Of a stretch of 64,000 bases of DNA, positions 9,659 through 19,549 are shown in pieces. Below the pieces are notes generated by a model that searched no databases, was not told where the DNA came from, and saw only the letters and a list, made by a program, of their open reading frames with translations. The translations under genes were made by a program, and so were the position numbers. The stretch's first letter is position 1. Each line of letters begins with the position of its first letter. Source of the DNA: Alphaproteobacteria bacterium. Lineage in GTDB: Bacteria; Pseudomonadota; Alphaproteobacteria; JAAXGF01. The stretch is taken from contig CAUVXB020000002.1 of NCBI GenBank assembly GCA_963555825.3, forward strand, positions 928,001 to 992,000. Reading direction: 5' to 3'.

Positions 9659-12600
9659 TGGCGCGGCACAGGCAAGCTCCGCTGCCGAGCTGGCGGGTCA
9701 GCGGCCCGCAGCGCAACGCCGCCGATCCGACGCAATCGGTCTGGGTCGCGGCGTCGGCCGGCGCCGGCAAGACCAAGGTGCTGACCGACCGGGTCATGCG
9801 CCTGCTGCTCGACGACGCGCCGCCCGCGCGGCTGCTTTGCCTGACCTTCACGCGCGCCGCGGCGGCCGAGATGGCCAACCGCATCAACCGCGACCTCGGG
9901 CGCTGGACGCTGGTCGACGACGCACTGCTCGATGCCGAACTCGAGGCACTGACCGGGTCGCTGCCCGACGACGCGATGCGGCGCCGCGCGCGCCGGCTGT
10001 TCGCCGCCGTGCTCGACGCGCCGGGCGGCCTCAAGATCATGACCATCCATGCCTTCTGCCAGTCGCTGCTCGGCCGCTTTCCGCTCGAGGCCGGGCTCGC
10101 GCCGCATTTCGAGGTGCTCGACGAGCGCGCCGCGGCCGAGCTGCTGCGCGACGCCCAGTCGGCCGTGCTGGTCGCCGCCCACGCGGCTGTCGAGCCCGGG
10201 CTTACCGAGGCGCTCGCCGAGGTCTCCGGCCAGGTCAACGAAGACGCCTTCCACGACCTGATGGATGCGCTGCGCGGCGCGCGGGGCCGCTTGCGTGCGC
10301 TGCTCGACCACCACGGCGATGTCGACGGCCTGATCGACGCGACGTGGCACCTGCTCGGTGTCGCGGCGGGCGAAACGGTCGATGACGTGGTCGGCGCGGC
10401 TTCGGCCGACGGTATATTCGACGGCGTCGCGCTGGCCGCCGTTTGCGCCGCGCTCGAGCACGGCAGCGATGCGGACATCGCGCGCGGCGCCCGCCTCGCC
10501 GCCTGGCTCGAGATGCCGGTCGCGGCGCGCCAAGCCGCGTTCGACGATTACGCCGATATCTTCCTGACCAAGGCGTTCGAGCCACGCGCCCGGCTCATCA
10601 CCAAGGCGGCGCAAGCCGCCGATCCGGCGGCGGAAGATGCGCTCGGCGCCGAACAAGCGCGCCTGGTCGACGTCATCGAGCGGCGCAGGGCCGTGACCGT
10701 GGCGCGCGCGAGCGCCGCGCTGTTGCGCCTCGGCGGCGCCCTGCTCGACGAATACGACCGCCACAAGGCGGCGCGGGCGCGGCTCGATTACGACGATCTG
10801 GTGCTCGCCGCCGGCCGGCTGCTCGCCCGCCCTGGCGTCGCGCCCTGGGTGCTCTACAAGCTCGACGGCGGGCTCGACCACATCCTGGTCGACGAGGCGC
10901 AGGACACCAGCCCCGAGCAGTGGCGCGTGATCGCCCGGCTGGCCGACGAGTTCTTCGCCGGCGAAGGCGCGCGCGAAATACTGCGCACCGTGTTCGTGGT
11001 CGGCGACGAAAAGCAATCGATCTTCAGCTTCCAGGGCGCCGATCTCGCCGCGCTGGCCGCCATGCGCGCCCATTTCGCGGCCAGGGTCCGGGCTGCCGAC
11101 GAGGCCTGGCAGGAGGTCGGGTTGGGCATCTCGTTCCGCTCGACCGCCGCGGTGCTGCAGGCGGTCGACGCGGTGTTCGCCAACCCCGCGGCGCGCGATG
11201 GCGTCGTTTTCGCCGATCACGTCGTGGCGCACGAGGCCGAGCGCAAGGGCCATGCCGGCCATGTCGAGCTATGGCCGCTGGTCGCCGACGCCGACGCCGA
11301 CGACCCGGCGCCCTGGGCGGTGCCCGTCGAACGGCGCGAGGCGGCGCGCTCGAGCGCGCGTCTGGCGCGTCACATCGCACGCACCGTGCACGGCTGGGTC
11401 AGCGGCGGCGAAAGGCTCGACGCGCGCGATCGCGCGGTCCGCCCGGGCGACGTGCTGGTGCTGGTGCGCCGGCGCACCGTGTTCGTCGAGGAACTGGTGC
11501 GTGCGCTCAAGGGTCTCGGCGTGCCGGTCGCCGGCGCCGACCGCATGGTGCTGACCGATCAACTCGCGGTCATGGACCTGGTGGCGCTCGGCGAATTTCT
11601 GCTGCTGCCCGACGACGACCTGACGCTCGCCGCCGTTCTCAAAGGCCCGTTGATCGGCCTCGACGAGGACGCGCTGTTCGACCTCGCCTACGGACGCCGC
11701 GCCAGCCTGTGGGCCGAACTGGTCCGGCGCCGCGCTGAACGCCACGATTACAGGCGCGCCCATCGCACGCTCGCCGCGCTGCTCGGCCGGGTCGATTTCG
11801 TGCCGCCCTACGAGCTTTACGCCGAGATACTCGGTGTGCGCGGCGGCAGGCGGCAGTTGGTCGGGCGCCTCGGTCCCGACGCCAACGATCCGATCGACGA
11901 GTTCCTGACGCTCGCGCTCGGCTATGAACGCATCGAGGCGCCATCGCTGCAGGGCTTCCTCCATTGGCTCGCGGCGGGCGAGACGCAGATCAAGCGCGAC
12001 CTCGACCAGGCGCGCGACGAGGTGCGCGTGATGACCGTGCACGGCGCCAAGGGCCTCCAGGCGCCGATCGTCATCCTGCCCGATACCACGGCGCTACCCG
12101 GCGGTGGCCGCGGCGCGACGCTGTTGTGGCATGACCTCGACGGCGAAGAACCGACGCTGCTGTGGCCGGTACGCACGGCCAACGACGAGCGGCGCTGCCG
12201 CGCGGCGCGCCAGGCCTTGCGCGACCGCGAGAGCGAGGAATACCGCCGGTTGCTCTACGTCGCCATGACGCGCGCCGAGGACCGGCTCTATGTCTGCGGC
12301 TGGCAGGGGCGCCATGCGCCGCCTGACGGATGCTGGTACCGCCTGGTCGCCGATACCATGGAGACGATCGCCGAGGCGGTCGAATTCGACACCACGGCGC
12401 AGGGTCCGGACGGCTGGCGCGGCACCGCCTACCGGCTCGCCGAGCCGCAGACGCGTGGCGCCGAGGCCGACGACGCGGCGCGGCCCGGCGATGCGCCGCC
12501 GCCGACGGAAGAACCCGACTTCCTGCGCAGCCCCGCGCCGCCCGAGCCCGCGCCGCCGCGTCCGCTGGCGCCGTCGCGTCCGGCGACGGCCGAGCCGGCG

Positions 12601-13140
12601 GTGCTGTCGCCGCTCGCCGAGGGCCCGGGCGAGGGCCGCTTCCTGCGCGGTCGGCTGATCCACTGGCTGTTGCAGCTGTTGCCCGACGCCGAACCTGCGG
12701 CGCGCGACGCCCTGTGCCGCCGGCTGCTGGCGCGGCCGGGCCATGGACTGACCGCCGAGGCGCAGGCCGAGATCGCCGCCGAGGTGCTCGCGGTCATCGA
12801 CGATGCGCGCTTCGCCGCGCTGTTCGGGCCGACCAGCCGCGCCGAGGTGCCGCTGGCCGGCGTCGTCGACGGCGCCGTGGTCGCCGGCCAGGTCGACCGA
12901 CTCGTCGTCGGCGCCGATCGCGTCACGGTGATCGACTATAAGACCAACCGGCCGGCGCCCGACCGCGAGGCCGACGTGGCGCCCGCCTACATCGCCCAGA
13001 TGGCCGCTTACCGCGCGGTGCTGGAACAAATCTACCCCGACAAAACAATAGTTTGCCTGTTGCTGTGGACCGACGGGCCGCATCTGATGCAACTCAGCGA
13101 TGCGGCATTAATACCAAGGGTCAGTGATAAAGACCCCTAG
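9658..13140 (+). CDS. addA: Double-strand break repair helicase/nuclease AddA
   Basis: ASAGAGKT, LVDEAQD, VGDEKQSI, MTVHGAKGL, LLYVAMTRA, QVDRL..IDYKT. Confidence 0.96.
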   Translation: MARHRQAPLPSWRVSGPQRNAADPTQSVWVAASAGAGKTKVLTDRVMRLLLDDAPPARLLCLTFTRAAAAEMANRINRDLGRWTLVDDALLDAELEALTGSLPDDAMRRRARRLFAAVLDAPGGLKIMTIHAFCQSLLGRFPLEAGLAPHFEVLDERAAAELLRDAQSAVLVAAHAAVEPGLTEALAEVSGQVNEDAFHDLMDALRGARGRLRALLDHHGDVDGLIDATWHLLGVAAGETVDDVVGAASADGIFDGVALAAVCAALEHGSDADIARGARLAAWLEMPVAARQAAFDDYADIFLTKAFEPRARLITKAAQAADPAAEDALGAEQARLVDVIERRRAVTVARASAALLRLGGALLDEYDRHKAARARLDYDDLVLAAGRLLARPGVAPWVLYKLDGGLDHILVDEAQDTSPEQWRVIARLADEFFAGEGAREILRTVFVVGDEKQSIFSFQGADLAALAAMRAHFAARVRAADEAWQEVGLGISFRSTAAVLQAVDAVFANPAARDGVVFADHVVAHEAERKGHAGHVELWPLVADADADDPAPWAVPVERREAARSSARLARHIARTVHGWVSGGERLDARDRAVRPGDVLVLVRRRTVFVEELVRALKGLGVPVAGADRMVLTDQLAVMDLVALGEFLLLPDDDLTLAAVLKGPLIGLDEDALFDLAYGRRASLWAELVRRRAERHDYRRAHRTLAALLGRVDFVPPYELYAEILGVRGGRRQLVGRLGPDANDPIDEFLTLALGYERIEAPSLQGFLHWLAAGETQIKRDLDQARDEVRVMTVHGAKGLQAPIVILPDTTALPGGGRGATLLWHDLDGEEPTLLWPVRTANDERRCRAARQALRDRESEEYRRLLYVAMTRAEDRLYVCGWQGRHAPPDGCWYRLVADTMETIAEAVEFDTTAQGPDGWRGTAYRLAEPQTRGAEADDAARPGDAPPPTEEPDFLRSPAPPEPAPPRPLAPSRPATAEPAVLSPLAEGPGEGRFLRGRLIHWLLQLLPDAEPAARDALCRRLLARPGHGLTAEAQAEIAAEVLAVIDDARFAALFGPTSRAEVPLAGVVDGAVVAGQVDRLVVGADRVTVIDYKTNRPAPDREADVAPAYIAQMAAYRAVLEQIYPDKTIVCLLLWTDGPHLMQLSDAALIPRVSDKDP

Positions 13141-13249
13141 AGACGGCTTGCCGTGGTTTTCGGCTAGGCGCGCCCGTCGCGGCGATGCCCATGTATGACA
13201 AGAGGAGGGGCATCGCAAGGCGGGCGCAACGACGTCCGCCAGTCTGATA

Positions 13250-14420
13250 CCAGTGAGCCTATGAAATCACCTTCATGATCCATGGATAGGCGCAGAGGGT
13301 TCGCATACGATCCGGTTCTGCGATGAGGTCGATCCATGCTTGGCAACAGGCGTCGATGATGGCCTCGGTGTCGTCGAGGACGCGGAGCGATAGGAAGCGT
13401 TCGCGTAGGTAGAGCCAAACCCGCTCGACGGGGTTGAGTTCGGGACTGTAAGGCGGCAACAGCGCCAAGGTGACGTTGTCGGGGACGGTGAGGGCGCGCT
13501 CGTCGTGCCAACCGGCGCCGTCGCACATCATGACGGCGTGCGCATCCTGGTCCAGGGTATCGGCGAAGTGTGCGAGAAACAGGTCCATGACCTTGGCGTT
13601 GACGCTCGGCATCACCAGGGTGACGTCGTCGCCGGTGTCCGGGCGCACGGCGGAGAAGATGTAGGCCCACTGGTAGCCGATTTGACGCGTCCCGGGGGCA
13701 CGCTCGCCCCTGCGCCACCACCGGTGACACACCCGGCCCTTGTTGCCGACGCGCGCTTCATCCTGAAACCACAGCTGTAGGCGCTTGTCGGGATGCGCCG
13801 CGGCGGTCGCCTTCAGGATGTCGCGAAGCCCCCTTTTTTGAAGCGCTCCTGCGCTTCGGCGTCCCTTCGCGGGTGGCTCGGGCGCGCCTTCTGGCGGGAA
13901 AATCCCATCCGCCGTAGAACCCGGGTCATGCTCGAGGGGTGGTAGGTCTTGGCGAAGCGCTCCTCCAGCCAGCGGCACAGATCGGCCCGGGTCCAGGCGC
14001 AAACCCCGTCGCGCTCAGGCTCCGGCCCGGCGATGATGACCGCCGCCAGCGCCGCTTCCTCGTCTGCCGTCAGCCGCCGCGGCGAGTAGCCCTTTGGACG
14101 GTCGTGAAGCCCCTCCAATCCCTTTGCATTGTAACGAACAACCGCGTCGCGAAGCGTTTGGCGATCCATCCCCGCAAGCCGCGCGGCATCAGCCCGGGGC
14201 ATCTCCTCCAAAGCATTCGCGATCCCATAGGCCCGCGCCGCCGCTCGACCGTACGATTCCACGCGAGCCCAGCGCCGAAGCTCCAAAGGCGTCAAATCAT
14301 CCCGTATCTTGAGTGCTGATCCCATGACATCCCCCACATCTGGTGGGAGACCATAGAATCACAATCCGCCATCATCCGCCATCAATGAATATCCCGAGAG
14401 TCAATTCAGGCGCTCACTGG
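13250..14420 (-). mobile_element. IS630-family element, type A, copy 2 (1171 bp)
   Basis: Inverted near-identical copy of 900-2070; TA at 13248-13249 and 14421-14422. Confidence 0.95.
13259..14325 (-). CDS. IS630 transposase, two ORFs joined by a probable -1 frameshift
   Basis: Same translation as copy 1 except KVIS vs KAIS at the C-terminus. Confidence 0.9.
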
Positions 14421-14603
14421 TATGATAGCGGGCGAGAGCCTCGGCAAGCCGCCCTTCGGGTCGCGGCCGCTTATCGCCGGAGGGCGCCAGGTTGCCTAGC
14501 CGATGCGCTGCATTGCCTGCGGCTGCCTTGCCTCACCGTCGAAAAGCGGACGCGATCTCTAGGGGCCTTTATCACTGACCCTTGGTATATCGGCGCGCGC
14601 GCC

Positions 14604-14632
14604 TTGACGCTGGGCCACCCCGTGCCTAAGTT
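14604..14632 (+). promoter_or_regulatory. Putative trxA promoter
   Basis: TTGACG-17 bp-TAAGTT about 70 bp upstream of trxA. Confidence 0.4.
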
Positions 14633-14701
14633 GACGCAGGGTAATTTTGGCGGCAAGGCGGGTCCGGGAATTCGCCACCCGCACCATGAGGGGACACCCG
14701 A

Positions 14702-15022
14702 ATGAGTATTTCACACGTTACCGACGATTCTTTCGAATCCGACGTCTTACAGGCGCCCGGCCCGGTGCTGGTTGATTTCTGGGCCGAATGGTGCGGCCCG
14801 TGCAAGCAGATCGCGCCGGCGCTCGTCGACATCGCCGACGAAATGAATGGCCAGGTCTCGATCGCCAAGCTCAACATCGACGAAAACCCGTCAACGCCGT
14901 CGAAATACGGCGTGCGCGGCATCCCGACCCTGATCCTGTTCAAGAACGGCCAGATCGCGGCCACCAAGGTCGGCGCGCTGCCCAAGAACAAACTCTACGA
15001 GTGGCTCGCCTCGTCGCTTTAA
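14702..15022 (+). CDS. trxA: Thioredoxin
   Basis: [19 protein letters not shown]; canonical position after addA. Confidence 0.97.
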   Translation: MSISHVTDDSFESDVLQAPGPVLVDFWAEWCGPCKQIAPALVDIADEMNGQVSIAKLNIDENPSTPSKYGVRGIPTLILFKNGQIAATKVGALPKNKLYEWLASSL

Positions 15023-15069
15023 GCGCAACGCCACACATTTCCTGATTACATCCGATCGGTAAGTCGCGT

Positions 15070-15098
15070 TTGACGTGTTCTTGGCGTTTTGGTATGAA
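15070..15098 (+). promoter_or_regulatory. Putative sigma70 promoter giving a leaderless mRNA
   Basis: TTGACG-17 bp-TATGAA with extended TG; ATG 15105 lies 6 bp after the -10; no SD. Confidence 0.55.
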
Positions 15099-15104
15099 TT
15101 TCCG

Positions 15105-16685
15105 ATGGATCTCGGAATTTATCTCAAACAATCGCGCCTATCGCTCGCGGAGTTTGCCGAAAAGGTAGGTGTGTCCGAGGCGTCGATGAGCCGATACGTC
15201 GCCGGCAAACGCGTGCCGCGGCCGCGGATCATGCTGCGCATCACCGCCGCGAGCGACGGCCAGGTCGAGGCCAACGACTTCGTCGGCACCAAGGCCGCGC
15301 GGCCGGCCGCGCCCGCCGCCGACACCGCGCCGCCCAGCGCCGCCCGCTCGTTCCGCGCCGCCCATCCCGACATCGGTGTGCTGGATGTGCTGATTTCCGA
15401 CGTGAATGGCGTGTTGCGCGGCAAGCGTCTGGCGATCGACGGACTCGACAAGCTGGTCGCCGGCGAGGTCACCATGCCCGGCTCGATCGTCGTGCTCGAC
15501 ATCACCGGCAGCAATGTCGAGGCGACCGGCAGCGGCATGGCCGACGGCGACCCCGACGTCCGCTGCATGGCCGTTCCCGACACGCTCGCGCCGGTGCCCT
15601 GGGCGCCGCGCCCGACCGCGCAGACGCTGATCAGCTTCTACCGCACCGACGGCCGGCCGTTCGCGCTCGACCCGCGCCATGTGCTGGCGCAAACCGCGCG
15701 GCGCTTCGACGAACTGGGTCTCACGCCGGTCACCGCCGTCGAGCTCGAATTCTACCTGCTCGACCGCGCCGCCGACGCGCAGGGCCGACCGCAGCCACCG
15801 TTGTTCGCGACCAGTGGACGGCGCGCCACCGAGACCCAGTGCTACAGCATGGACGACCTCGACGACGCGCGCGCGGTGCTCGACGACATCGCCGATGCTT
15901 GCGCCGTGCAGTCGATCCCGGCGAGCGTGGCGACCTCGGAATACGCGCCCAGCCAGTTCGAGATCAATCTCGCGCACCAGCCCGACGCGTTGCGCGCCTG
16001 CGACCAGGCGGTGCTGCTCAAGCGCGCGATCAAGGGCGTCGCGCGGCGCCATGGCCTCGAGGCGACCTTCATGGCCAAGCCCTTCGCCGATATCGCGGGC
16101 AGCGGCCTGCACCTGCACACCAGCCTCTTGGACGGCGACGGGCGCAACATCTTCGACGACCGCGCGGCCGACGGCGAGACGCGGTTGCGCCACGCGATCG
16201 GCGGCCTCGCCGCGACCATGAGCGAGGCGATGGCGGTGTTCGGCCCGAACGCCAATTCGTTCCGCCGCCTGGCGCCCGGCGCGTACGCGCCGCTGGCACC
16301 GAGCTGGGGCGTCGACAACCGCACCGTGGCGCTCCGCGTGCCGCTGGTGCGCGGCGCGGCGAGCCGCATCGAGCACCGGCCGGCGGGCGCCGACGCCAAC
16401 GTCTATCTGGCCGCCGCCTGCGTGCTCGCCGGCATCCACCACGGCCTGGTGAATGCGCTCGATCCCGGCCCGCCAACCACCGGCAACGCGTACGAGCAAC
16501 ACCCGCAGGTGTTGCCCGGCCACTGGATCGACGCGCTGCGCGCGCATGACGCGGCGACCGTGCTGCCGGATTATCTGGGCGAGGTCTACTGGCGCGCCTA
16601 CAGCGCCTGCAAATGGCAGGAGGTCGCCGAATTCAACGCGCGCATCACGCCCGCCGAATACGAGCTGTATCTGAGGGCGTTATAA
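15105..16685 (+). CDS. Cro/XRE-type HTH domain fused to glutamine-synthetase-family gamma-glutamyl ligase (PuuA-like)
   Basis: N-terminal LSLAEFAEKVGVSEASMSRYVAGKRVP..VEANDF; Ala/Pro linker; ELEFY, EYAPSQFE, GSGLHLH, WGVDNR, RIEHR. Confidence 0.85.
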   Translation: MDLGIYLKQSRLSLAEFAEKVGVSEASMSRYVAGKRVPRPRIMLRITAASDGQVEANDFVGTKAARPAAPAADTAPPSAARSFRAAHPDIGVLDVLISDVNGVLRGKRLAIDGLDKLVAGEVTMPGSIVVLDITGSNVEATGSGMADGDPDVRCMAVPDTLAPVPWAPRPTAQTLISFYRTDGRPFALDPRHVLAQTARRFDELGLTPVTAVELEFYLLDRAADAQGRPQPPLFATSGRRATETQCYSMDDLDDARAVLDDIADACAVQSIPASVATSEYAPSQFEINLAHQPDALRACDQAVLLKRAIKGVARRHGLEATFMAKPFADIAGSGLHLHTSLLDGDGRNIFDDRAADGETRLRHAIGGLAATMSEAMAVFGPNANSFRRLAPGAYAPLAPSWGVDNRTVALRVPLVRGAASRIEHRPAGADANVYLAAACVLAGIHHGLVNALDPGPPTTGNAYEQHPQVLPGHWIDALRAHDAATVLPDYLGEVYWRAYSACKWQEVAEFNARITPAEYELYLRAL

Positions 16686-16695
16686 GCGTCGCCGC

Positions 16696-18012
16696 TCAAC
16701 CGTTGTCGGCCAGCACCGTGCCGGCGAGATAGATCGAACCGCAGATCAGGACCCGCGCGGGCCCCCCGGTTCCATCGCCGACGATACCGGCCAGCGCCGC
16801 CTCGACGCCGTCGGTGGTGGTCGCCGCGAGGCCGGCTGTGTGCGCCGCGGCGGCGGTCTCGTCGGCGCTCAGCGTCGCCTCCTCGCCGGGGATCGAGACG
16901 CAGGCGGCATCGGCCGCGAGCGCCGCCAGGGGCGCCAGGAAGCCGACCGGGTCCTTGGTGTTCAGCATGCCGACGATCAGGTGGAGCGGGCGGTCGCGCC
17001 AGTCGGCGAGCGCCCCCGCGAGCGCCCGGCCGGCGGCCGGGTTGTGGCCGGCATCGAGCCACAGTTCCCAGCCGTCTGGCAGCCGGTCCGCAAGCGGGCC
17101 GCGGCTCAGCCGCTGCAGGCGGCCCGGCCAGTCGACGTTGGCCAGGCCGGCGGCGATGTGGTCGGCGCCGACCGCGAAGCCCTCGAGGGTCTCGAGACAG
17201 GCCACGGCCACGGCCGCGTTGTCGATCTGATAGTCGCCGGGCAGGGCGGGGCGCGGCAGCGCCATCTCGCCGGCGGCCGAGACGTAGCGCATGCCGCCCT
17301 TCGTCGCCTCGGCGCGGAAGTCGGCGCCGTGGCGCTTGAGCGGGCTGCCGACCTCGACCGCCTTGGCGGCGATGACCTCGGCGGCAACCGGCTCCTGCCG
17401 GCCGATCACCGCCGTCACGCCCGGCTTCAGGATGCCCGCCTTCTCGCCGGCGATGGCGGCGAGGCCGTGGCCGAGATACTGCTCATGGTCGATCGAGACC
17501 GGCGTGATGACCGAGAGCGCCGGGTGCGCGAGCACGTTGGTCGCGTCGAGCCGGCCGCCGAGGCCGGTCTCGAGCAGAGCCACGTCGGCGGGCGCCCGCG
17601 CGAAGCCGAGCAAGGCGGCCGCCGTGGTCACCTCGAAGAAGGTGATCGGCTGATCGCCGTTAACCCGCTCGCATTCACCGAGCAGTTCGGCGAGCGCGTC
17701 CTCTTCGATCAGCGCGCCGGCCAGGCGGATGCGTTCGTGGAAGCGCACCATATGCGGCGAAGTGTAGACGTGGACGCGGTAGCCGGCGGCCTCGAGCGCG
17801 GCGCGCATATAGGCGACGACCGAGCCCTTGCCGTTGGTGCCCGCGACATGGACCGTCGGCGGCAGCGCCCGATCGGGGTTGCCGAGCGCGGCGAGCAAGC
17901 GCTCGATCCGGTCGAGCGAGAGATCGATCAGCTTGGGATGGAGCGCGAGCAGGCGCTCGAGAAGGACGTCACTCTTCAGCCTGGGGCTCCCCGGTTTCGA
18001 CGATCGCCGCAT
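16696..18012 (-). CDS. folC: Folylpolyglutamate synthase/dihydrofolate synthase
   Basis: HVAGTNGKGS, YTSPH, ETGLGGRLDATN, WPGRLQ, DAGHN, CGSIYL. Start uncertain (alternative CTG at 17979 with GGAG upstream). Confidence 0.95.
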   Translation of the reverse strand: MRRSSKPGSPRLKSDVLLERLLALHPKLIDLSLDRIERLLAALGNPDRALPPTVHVAGTNGKGSVVAYMRAALEAAGYRVHVYTSPHMVRFHERIRLAGALIEEDALAELLGECERVNGDQPITFFEVTTAAALLGFARAPADVALLETGLGGRLDATNVLAHPALSVITPVSIDHEQYLGHGLAAIAGEKAGILKPGVTAVIGRQEPVAAEVIAAKAVEVGSPLKRHGADFRAEATKGGMRYVSAAGEMALPRPALPGDYQIDNAAVAVACLETLEGFAVGADHIAAGLANVDWPGRLQRLSRGPLADRLPDGWELWLDAGHNPAAGRALAGALADWRDRPLHLIVGMLNTKDPVGFLAPLAALAADAACVSIPGEEATLSADETAAAAHTAGLAATTTDGVEAALAGIVGDGTGGPARVLICGSIYLAGTVLADNG

Positions 18013-18922
18013 CGCCTGCCACGGGCGGGATATCGAGGTCGGGCAACGGCAGCTCGACGATCTCGGCGATCCGCCCCGGCGTGCTCAACAGCTCGAGAAT
18101 GAGGATCAGGCGGTCGCGCAGTTTGTGGCGGTGGACGACGGCGTCGACCATGCCGTGCTCGAGCAGGTATTCCGCGCGCTGGAAGCCCTCTGGCAGCGTC
18201 TCGCGGATGGTTTCCTCGATGACCCGCACGCCGGCGAAGCCGATGATCGCGCCCGGTTCGGCGAGCGTCACGTCGCCCAGCATGGCAAACGACGCGGTCA
18301 CGCCGCCGGTCGTCGGGTTGGTCAGCACGACGATATAAGGCTGGCCGGCGTCCTTGACCTCGTTGATGGCGATCGTCGTGCGCGCCATCTGCATCAGCGA
18401 CAGGATGCCCTCCTGCATGCGTGCGCCGCCCGAGGCCGATATGAAGATCAGCGGCGCCTGTTGCAGAACCGCGAGCTGGGCGGCGGCGACCAGGCCCTCG
18501 CCGACCGCGACGCCCATCGATCCGCCCATGAATGCGAAGTTGAACGTCGCGACGACGACGCCCTCGCCGCCCATCTTGCCATGCGCGACGACCACCGCGT
18601 CTTTCTCGCCGGTCTTGGCCTGGTATTCCTTGAGCCGCTCGGTGTAGCGCTTGGTGTCGCGGAACTTGAGCGGATCGATCGGCACGGCGGGCAGCTCGAT
18701 CGTTTGGTAGTCGCCCTCGTCGAACAGCATGGCCAGTCGCGCCTTGCAGCCGAGCTGCATGTGGTGGCCGCAGTGCTGACAGATGGACAGGTTGGCTTCG
18801 AGGTCGCGGTGGAAGATCATCTGCTCGCAGGACGAACACTTCTCCCACAGATTGTCGGCAATGTCCGGCTTGCGCACGAGCGCGCGGATCTTGGGGCGGA
18901 CGAAGTTGGTCAGCCAGTTCAC
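17969..18922 (-). CDS. accD: Acetyl-CoA carboxylase carboxyltransferase beta subunit
   Basis: Zn finger CSSC..CQHC, FMGGSMG, SGGARMQEG, PTTGGVTAS. Confidence 0.97.
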   Translation of the reverse strand: MNWLTNFVRPKIRALVRKPDIADNLWEKCSSCEQMIFHRDLEANLSICQHCGHHMQLGCKARLAMLFDEGDYQTIELPAVPIDPLKFRDTKRYTERLKEYQAKTGEKDAVVVAHGKMGGEGVVVATFNFAFMGGSMGVAVGEGLVAAAQLAVLQQAPLIFISASGGARMQEGILSLMQMARTTIAINEVKDAGQPYIVVLTNPTTGGVTASFAMLGDVTLAEPGAIIGFAGVRVIEETIRETLPEGFQRAEYLLEHGMVDAVVHRHKLRDRLILILELLSTPGRIAEIVELPLPDLDIPPVAGDAAIVETGEPQAEE

Positions 18923-18981
18923 GACGCCGTCTCCAAAATGCCTCTACGCTTACACCGCGCCCAGTATAGGCGATTTGGGAG

Positions 18982-19122
18982 TTACAGCATAAACCGATCG
19001 ATTTCGATCGATTGGATTATGCCAGCCCGCGACTGTGGGTCGCCGACCGTTCGGCGGGAGCATGCGCGGCGATTGAGCGTAGGTAAGCTTTACGTAGTTA
19101 AGCTTACCGCCGAAAGACGCTA
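18982..19122 (+). repeat. Structured intergenic repeat family SR, copy 2
   Basis: Reverse complement of the 50031-50170 copy; its terminal CTAG is the IS630 insertion site. Confidence 0.85.
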
Positions 19123-19549
19123 GTGTCCTGATCGATAAATTGATATGATTATGTCTCTATTTGTTTTTAGGAGGCGCGATTGATGGCGAGAGTGGCGGTG
19201 ACGATCTCTTTGAGCGATGACGAGCGCGCCGAATTGGAGGCGCTGTCTCGTCGTCGCAAGACGTCGCAGGGGCTTGCGCGGCGGGCTCGGATCGTCTTGG
19301 CGGCGGCGGAAGGGTTGGAGAACAAGGAGATCGCCGTTCGTCTCGAGGCGAGCGCGGACACCGTGGGCAAGTGGCGTCGCCGCTATGCGGCGGAGGGCCT
19401 CGACGGTCTGTACGACGAACCCCGCCCCGGCGCGCCGCGTCAAATCGGCGATGACGCCATCGCGGAAGCGGTCCGGCTGACGCTGGAAGAGACGCCGCCG
19501 GACGCGACCCATTGGAGCCTTCGCTCGATGGCGCGGGCGAGCGGCCACG

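Larger units (their letters stand above)
13114..14585. mobile_element. MITE-like element M2 (299 bp when empty), carrying a nested IS630
   Basis: TIRs ccaagggtcagtgataaagacccctagaga / tctctaggggcctttatcactgacccttgg (1 mismatch); TA at 13112-13113 and 14586-14587. Confidence 0.88.
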
